Source of the DNA: a virus
IMG/VR virus record: IMGVR_UViG_3300032397_000003
Span: 64,001-128,000 of that record
Length of the DNA: 64,000 bases
Direction: 5' to 3' (one strand)
Below, one piece after another: positions 58,397 through 64,000 of the stretch; position 1 is the stretch's first letter, and each line of letters begins with the position of its first letter. Under the pieces are notes generated by a model. The model was not told the DNA's origin and did no database searches. It saw only the letters and a list, made by a program, of their open reading frames with translations. Position numbers and translations under genes: made by a program.

Positions 58397-59496
58397 TACT
58401 CTATGGTGCAGGGGAACTAGGAAAACTTGCCCATCAATTTTTAGACTTCTATAATATAGAACATATTGTATGTGATGACAACCCTGAAAATTATATGCAT
58501 GATAGTTTTTGGGTTGGTAAACCTATATTTAAATTAAGTAATTTATCTATTGATCTCCTTAATACTAGTTTACTGGTTTGTATTTCAACAGCTTCATACA
58601 ATACGATAAGACAGAAATTAAATAATAAAGGGTTTACAAATGTTAAACCTTTCTTTCAGGTAGCAGAGGAAATAAATAAAGCTAATGCATATAAACATCC
58701 TTGTACAAATGGATGGAAAATAAAAAATCATTCTGAATATACTTATGATGTGATTGAAAGTTCTTTTAAAGATACTTATTCCAAATATGCTTATGCACAA
58801 TTTTTTGATTGGCATAACGACTATACAGAATTTATAAATAATGATTTCCCAATTAATTGTAATGATAGATATTTTATTCCTGAAGTGTTAGATGTGTTAC
58901 ATGATAATGAAGTATTTATTGATGTTGGTGCTTATGACGGAAGAGTTACTAAAAAGTTTATAGAGATAGTTAGAGGTAAGTATGAACATATTTATATGTT
59001 TGAGCCTACCGATTCTATGTGTGTAAGTTATGAAAAGATATACAAATATAATTATGCTTTAGGTGATACTGAAGATAAATTTATTAATTTTAATAAAGAG
59101 CAAGGATATTTATGCAAGGTAGATAAACTCTCAAAAGAAAAAGTTGGGATACTTAGATTAGACAATCTTGAACTTACCCCAACATTCATTAAGTATCATC
59201 TTGAAGGGTATGAATTAAAAGCAATTAAAGGATCGATTAAAACTATTAAAAAACATAGACCAATTATTACAGTTACTACTTATCACACTGAAGAAGGATT
59301 ATATAAACTTCCTATGCATCTTATTAAAAATTTGAAAGATTATAATTTCTATTGGAGAAATCATAATTATCAAGGGCAGGGGGCTGTAATGTATTGTATA
59401 CCTAAAGAAAGATGGAGTATATCATTTTCAACAACTATCCATGTAAATGATAATTGGCAAGTATATCAAGATTTAAAAAAATGGGCAGGATTATGA
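58393..59496 (+). CDS. FkbM-family methyltransferase with N-terminal Rossmann-like domain
   Basis: ILYGAGELG; FIDVGAYDG; FEP; IKYHLEGYE. Confidence 0.8.
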   Translation: MILYGAGELGKLAHQFLDFYNIEHIVCDDNPENYMHDSFWVGKPIFKLSNLSIDLLNTSLLVCISTASYNTIRQKLNNKGFTNVKPFFQVAEEINKANAYKHPCTNGWKIKNHSEYTYDVIESSFKDTYSKYAYAQFFDWHNDYTEFINNDFPINCNDRYFIPEVLDVLHDNEVFIDVGAYDGRVTKKFIEIVRGKYEHIYMFEPTDSMCVSYEKIYKYNYALGDTEDKFINFNKEQGYLCKVDKLSKEKVGILRLDNLELTPTFIKYHLEGYELKAIKGSIKTIKKHRPIITVTTYHTEEGLYKLPMHLIKNLKDYNFYWRNHNYQGQGAVMYCIPKERWSISFSTTIHVNDNWQVYQDLKKWAGL

Positions 59497-60797
59497 ATAT
59501 AGTTCATATAACACCCCATCTTGGAGGAGGGGTAAAAACAGTTCTACTCGGTTGGGCAAAAGAAGATAAAGAAAATAAACATATTTTTTTATCCCTTGGT
59601 TATACTGATAATGAAGTAAAAGAAACCTTTTTAAAATTAAATATTGCTCTGTATGATAATCTATATAAAGATTATGATTTTATATCTGAATTAGTTTTTT
59701 TTGCTGATGTGGTGGTAATTCATTATTGGAACTTCCCGCCTCTTATTCACCTCTTATTAAATAGTAATATACCTGAATGTAGAGTTATTACATGGTGTCA
59801 TAATTCAGGATTCCATGCTCCGTATACTATACCAAAAGGAGTAGTAGAATATTCTGATAAATTTATATTTACTTCCCCTATAAGTTATAATTTAGGTATA
59901 TGCAAAGAATATCCTCCTGATAAATTTGATTGTATATGGTCAACAGGTGGTGTTGATAAATATCAGAAGATACAAAAGAAAAGGCATGAAGGATTTAATA
60001 TTCTTTATATAGGTACATTAGATTTTGCAAAACTTAGAAATGATTTTGTTTATATATGTTCTGAAATACTAGAGGAGATTCCTGAAGCAATTATCACTGT
60101 ATGTGGTAATGGTTCATCTATGAAAGAAATTGAATATTCTATTTCTGATTTAGAATTACAAGATAGAATTAAACTAGAAGGATTAGTAGAAGATATAAAA
60201 CCTTATCTTCAAGTAGCGGATGTATTTTTATATCCTTTAGACTCATATCATTATGGTACAGCAGAACAAATTCTAGGTGAAGTGATGGCTTGTGGATTAG
60301 TTCCTATTGTGTTTGATAATCCATGTGAAATGGAAATTGTAGAAGATGAGATGACAGGATTCGTAGTAAGTACAATTCAACAATGTATAGACAGGGTTAA
60401 AGAATTATATATTGATAATGAAGATGGAATCACTTGGAGTCAACTAACTTTAAATGCTTCTCTATCGGCTTTAGAAAAGTATTCTATAAGTAATATGATA
60501 GATGATTGGAATAAATTATTTAAAGAATCAACATCTCTTCCAAAGAAAAAAAGAGAATGGAATACTTGTTTTGAAGGGATGTATGGTATAGGTACAGTTA
60601 CTTTTTTAGAATCACTTAATGAACAGGAAGCAAATATATTCCATAATTATATTTCTTATGAAAGACAATTAAAGACTTTATTAAAATCTTCTCTTCAATG
60701 GAATTCAGAAAGTAAAGGATCAATAAAACAGTATCTAAAATATTTTCCTGAAGATGTATATTTAAATAGATTTAAAAAACTAATGGAGGAGAACTAA
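59454..60797 (+). CDS. GT-B (GT4-like) glycosyltransferase (start likely ATG 59493)
   Basis: HLGGGV, ADVFLYPL..YGTAEQILGEVMACG. Confidence 0.82.
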   Translation: MASISRFKKMGRIMNIVHITPHLGGGVKTVLLGWAKEDKENKHIFLSLGYTDNEVKETFLKLNIALYDNLYKDYDFISELVFFADVVVIHYWNFPPLIHLLLNSNIPECRVITWCHNSGFHAPYTIPKGVVEYSDKFIFTSPISYNLGICKEYPPDKFDCIWSTGGVDKYQKIQKKRHEGFNILYIGTLDFAKLRNDFVYICSEILEEIPEAIITVCGNGSSMKEIEYSISDLELQDRIKLEGLVEDIKPYLQVADVFLYPLDSYHYGTAEQILGEVMACGLVPIVFDNPCEMEIVEDEMTGFVVSTIQQCIDRVKELYIDNEDGITWSQLTLNASLSALEKYSISNMIDDWNKLFKESTSLPKKKREWNTCFEGMYGIGTVTFLESLNEQEANIFHNYISYERQLKTLLKSSLQWNSESKGSIKQYLKYFPEDVYLNRFKKLMEEN

Positions 60798-61825
60798 TGA
60801 CAATAGGTACAAGATATATACAAGAGGGAAGAGTTCCCTTACAAACATTACTTCCATTAGAAGCACCACTTGTTCTTTTTATTGACCCATCTGATAAATG
60901 TTGTTTAAAATGTTCCTTTTGCCCTACTGGAGATTTTAAATTAATGAAGGAAGTAAAAAGACCTCTTCAGTCTATAAATTTTAATCTATATAAGAAAATA
61001 ATTGATGACTTACAAAAATTTGAAACTAAAGTAAAAGTAATTCGTTTATATGGACATGGCGAACCACTATTGAATCCTCACTTTATAGATATGGTTAAGT
61101 ATGCTAAACAATCTGATAAAGTAGAGACAGTAGATACAACTACGAATGGAATGTGTTTATATCCTCAATTTAATATAGAGATTATAGAGTCAGGAATAGA
61201 TAGAATAAATATTTCAGTTAATGGATTAAGTGACGAACAATATTTTGAATTTACTAAAACAAAAGTAAATTTTAAAAGATATGTTGCTAATATAAAACAC
61301 CTTTATGAAAATAAAAAAAACACTTACATATTTATAAAAATAAATGGTGATACTATATCTAAAGACGATGAACAAAAGTTCTTAGATATTTTTGAACCTA
61401 TTGCTGATTCAGTTGCAATAGAAAAATCTATGGGATGTTGGCATGGATTCGATCCAAAAGGATTTATACGTTCAGATAATAATGTTGGTATCTATGGACA
61501 AGCTTTAGAAGAAGAAGCTTTAGTTTGTCCCTACATTACATATTCTATGATGATAAATTCAGATGGCATGGTTTCAGCTTGTTTTCTTGATTGGAATAGA
61601 AACCTCCAAGTAGGTAATATATTTGATAATTCTGTTTATGATATATGGAATGGAAAGCCTTTAAACAGTTTAAGAAAATTTATGTTAGAAGGAAAAAGAA
61701 GATTACATACTTATTGTAATACATGTGATCAACTTAAAAAAGGTATGCCTTCTAACATTGATAAATATGCAAAAGAACTTTACGGTAAATATAATTTTGA
61801 GGGTATAGAAGAGGATGGACAATAA
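60797..61825 (+). CDS. Radical SAM / SPASM-domain protein
   Basis: CCLKCSFC, GEPLL, TTNG, CPY..C..D, CNTC. Confidence 0.9.
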   Translation: MTIGTRYIQEGRVPLQTLLPLEAPLVLFIDPSDKCCLKCSFCPTGDFKLMKEVKRPLQSINFNLYKKIIDDLQKFETKVKVIRLYGHGEPLLNPHFIDMVKYAKQSDKVETVDTTTNGMCLYPQFNIEIIESGIDRINISVNGLSDEQYFEFTKTKVNFKRYVANIKHLYENKKNTYIFIKINGDTISKDDEQKFLDIFEPIADSVAIEKSMGCWHGFDPKGFIRSDNNVGIYGQALEEEALVCPYITYSMMINSDGMVSACFLDWNRNLQVGNIFDNSVYDIWNGKPLNSLRKFMLEGKRRLHTYCNTCDQLKKGMPSNIDKYAKELYGKYNFEGIEEDGQ

Positions 61826-62492
61826 TTTAATTTTTGATTTAGGTTTTTGTGATGGAACAGATACAACTTTTTATTTAGAAAAAGGATTTAAAGTTGTTGC
61901 AGTAGAAGGTAACCCCTCACTTGCTGAAATAGGTAGTAGAAGATTTAAAGATGAGATAGATTCCGGTCAATTGATCTTATTGAATAGGGTTGTTGCTGAA
62001 GGAGTATCTAAAATGGATTTCTACATACATCCAGAAAAAATAGAATGGAGTAGTATCTATAAGCATATAGCAGAACAAGATGAAAAAGAAAGTATAATGG
62101 TATCTGTTGATTCAATAAGTATATTTGAATTGTTCAAGACTTTTGATACTCCTCATTATATGAAAGTGGATATAGAAGGTTGTGATGTATTAACATCTTT
62201 TCATTTAAGTCAAGCTAAAGAAAAACCTAAGTTTGTTTCATTTGAACTTAATCGAAAAGATTATTTATCTTTATTCTATAATCTTCATAAAGCAGGGTAT
62301 ACTGAGTTTCAATTAATAAATCAAGCAAATAATAAACCACTTAGTTCAGGAAAATTTGGACAATTGCTTCCAGAGAACAATTGGATAAGTTTAGAAGAAG
62401 CATTATTTAGATACTGTAAATTTAATGAACTAAGAGCATTGGATTATGATAATCTAAGTTTTGGTTGGTTAGATTTACATGCTAGGAGATAA
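61815..62492 (+). CDS. FkbM-family methyltransferase
   Basis: IFDLG..G.DT.FYL..G..VVAVEGNP, MKVDIEGCD. Confidence 0.85.
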   Translation: MDNNLIFDLGFCDGTDTTFYLEKGFKVVAVEGNPSLAEIGSRRFKDEIDSGQLILLNRVVAEGVSKMDFYIHPEKIEWSSIYKHIAEQDEKESIMVSVDSISIFELFKTFDTPHYMKVDIEGCDVLTSFHLSQAKEKPKFVSFELNRKDYLSLFYNLHKAGYTEFQLINQANNKPLSSGKFGQLLPENNWISLEEALFRYCKFNELRALDYDNLSFGWLDLHARR

Positions 62493-62495
62493 ATA

Positions 62496-63062
62496 ATGAA
62501 AGAAAATAATTTTGAAAAAATATTTAAAAATTGTGATACAGATAAATGTGTGAATTACTCACAAGCTTACCATGATTCATTTGATGACATAAGACAAGAT
62601 ATAAATCTTATTTTTGAAGTGGGGGTTAATAGAGGTGGTAGCGTTAAAGGATGGAAAGAATATTTTCCTAATGCTCTTATAGTAGGAATTGATATTGACA
62701 GTACATGGTATTTTGAAGACCCCGATGGGAGAATTAAAATAGAAATAGGAAGTGCTAATCAAAAAGATTTTATAGAGTATCTAATAAGTAAATATGGATA
62801 CCCTGATATTGTTATAGATGATGGGTCACATTTAAGTAGTGATATTAAAGATACATATAATTTACTTTATGATTATACTAAACTATGTTATGTTATAGAA
62901 GACTATGGAGTACAGTTTAAAGAATTTGAGAATGGAATGTATATAAATGACGGAGTGTCTGCTACAAATATTTTACATAATCACGTAGATCATTTACTAT
63001 TACACAAAGACTCTATCAAGTCTATTAGAGTATATCATTCTATTTGTTTATTGTTCAAATGA
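62496..63062 (+). CDS. Class I SAM-dependent (sugar O-)methyltransferase
   Basis: TDK, FEVGVNRGGS..W..YFP, GIDI, DIVIDDGSH, YVIED. Confidence 0.85.
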   Translation: MKENNFEKIFKNCDTDKCVNYSQAYHDSFDDIRQDINLIFEVGVNRGGSVKGWKEYFPNALIVGIDIDSTWYFEDPDGRIKIEIGSANQKDFIEYLISKYGYPDIVIDDGSHLSSDIKDTYNLLYDYTKLCYVIEDYGVQFKEFENGMYINDGVSATNILHNHVDHLLLHKDSIKSIRVYHSICLLFK

Positions 63063-63712
63063 AGATACACTTAATATCGGCTTTTTATAGAAAACACTTA
63101 GTTCCTACTTTAATCAATTATTTTGAATCTATGGGAATAGAATGGTATCCTGTATGTGATTATAATGATATAGAAGTATTCAAAGATAATAAGAGGACAT
63201 GGATTCATCCTATATTGTGTCCCCCATTGAATCTACCAGGAGATCAAGCATTTAAAAAACTTAATGACTTCATAGATCAAAAAATAATAATAGATGAAGA
63301 TTATTATTGTTTCTGTGGAGACGATGATATGTATGAACAAGGATTCTTTGAGGAGATAAAAAAGCAGACAGCTAAAATAATATTTGTTTCTATTGCTTGT
63401 GGTGATACTATTCCATCAACTTCACCTCATAATATACATCCAATGATTATAAAAACTTTTGATGATGTTGCTGTATGTAGAATAGGACTTCCTCAATATA
63501 TAATTAAAGGAGAAATATTAAAACAGATTAGATTTAAGAATGAACAACCTTATGATGATGGAACATTTGCTGTAGAATTAAAAACTAGATTTCCTAATGA
63601 CTGTATATTTCTACCTGACTTATTTGCATTTGGAAATTATTTTGAATTGGGTAGATATACTAATGATAATTGGAAATTAAAACCACAATGGGAGTTACCA
63701 AAGATAATATGA
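63044..63712 (+). CDS. GT-A-like glycosyltransferase (start likely ATG 63059)
   Basis: YCFCGDDD DxD-like motif, DDG; position in the glycan cluster. Confidence 0.55.
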   Translation: MFIVQMKIHLISAFYRKHLVPTLINYFESMGIEWYPVCDYNDIEVFKDNKRTWIHPILCPPLNLPGDQAFKKLNDFIDQKIIIDEDYYCFCGDDDMYEQGFFEEIKKQTAKIIFVSIACGDTIPSTSPHNIHPMIIKTFDDVAVCRIGLPQYIIKGEILKQIRFKNEQPYDDGTFAVELKTRFPNDCIFLPDLFAFGNYFELGRYTNDNWKLKPQWELPKII

Positions 63713-64000
63713 TTAAACACTCAGATAAAAGATGGTATATTCTACAACCAGTCTATGGAGGTAAGTGGTCTATTCCAGATGCTTCTCTTCCTTGGACTAA
63801 TGATTGTAATATAGCATTAGGGAGATTACTACAAGCTCCTGCAAGTCACTTTTCAAATGAAGATATAGATTTAACTGCTGATATCTACTACATGATTATA
63901 TTTAATGTTGATCATTATGAAAAAGAGTTAGAACTTATAAAAAAATTAAAATCACTAAATAAAAAAGTTATACTTACTTTCTCTGCTGATATGAGATTCT
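63709..64000 (+). CDS. Partial ORF continuing the glycan cluster (3'-truncated)
   Basis: ATGA-coupled MIKHSDKRWYILQP..., open to the window end. Confidence 0.55.
   Translation, partial: MIKHSDKRWYILQPVYGGKWSIPDASLPWTNDCNIALGRLLQAPASHFSNEDIDLTADIYYMIIFNVDHYEKELELIKKLKSLNKKVILTFSADMRF

Noticed and set aside
2035-62762. Many short antisense or alternate-frame ORFs in the track (e.g. 2035-, 2701-, 8214-, 15536-, 19135-, 31788-, 45393+, 46890+, 53096-, 55107-)
   Set aside because: They are shadows of well-supported genes, without RBS or recognisable motifs
1-64000. Alternative genetic code (TAG or TGA reassignment) as seen in some large phages
   Set aside because: Core genes are full length in code 11, and TAG/TGA end genes at sensible boundaries (e.g. 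3210, 18076, 32280, 2349)
1-64000. CRISPR array or mini-array
   Set aside because: No regularly spaced direct repeats seen; the recurring motifs are dispersed promoters

Overview
This window is a 64-kb segment of a large, very AT-rich, contractile-tailed (myovirus-like) bacteriophage using the standard genetic code. The host is probably a diderm, given an outer-membrane phospholipase, lipoproteins and tail-fibre motifs reminiscent of Leptospira phages; this is inference only. The + strand from 1 to 35 kb carries nucleotide metabolism (nrdG/nrdD, dUTPase, ThyX), two atypical tRNAs and two DNA methyltransferases. It also carries a family-A DNA polymerase with a UDG-like N-terminus followed by a TAGT/GREB1-like glycosyltransferase, a DnaB-like helicase, a DnaX-like clamp loader, a flap exonuclease, a RuvC-like resolvase, an SbcD-like nuclease, a sigma-like protein and a complete IS200/IS605 element. 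The - strand from 35 to 51.4 kb is a tail/baseplate module running from sheath to fibres. The + strand from 51.5 to 64 kb has envelope proteins, an RNA ligase and a glycan biosynthesis/methylation cluster. Two phage promoter classes are visible: TTTAATT-N11-TTCTATATATTAT, and a T4-late-like TACTAATA. The most notable items are: a phage-encoded outer-membrane phospholipase A (PldA) behind the late motif, a possible spanin-independent lysis step; an IS605/TnpB element inserted exactly inside a late motif (TTAC|TAATA); a shared N-terminal M-(K/E)RY..E tag on unrelated proteins, resembling a capsid-targeting signal; a SET-domain protein; and late motifs buried in RBS-sequestering hairpins. All family calls come from motif recognition by eye, not database searches.
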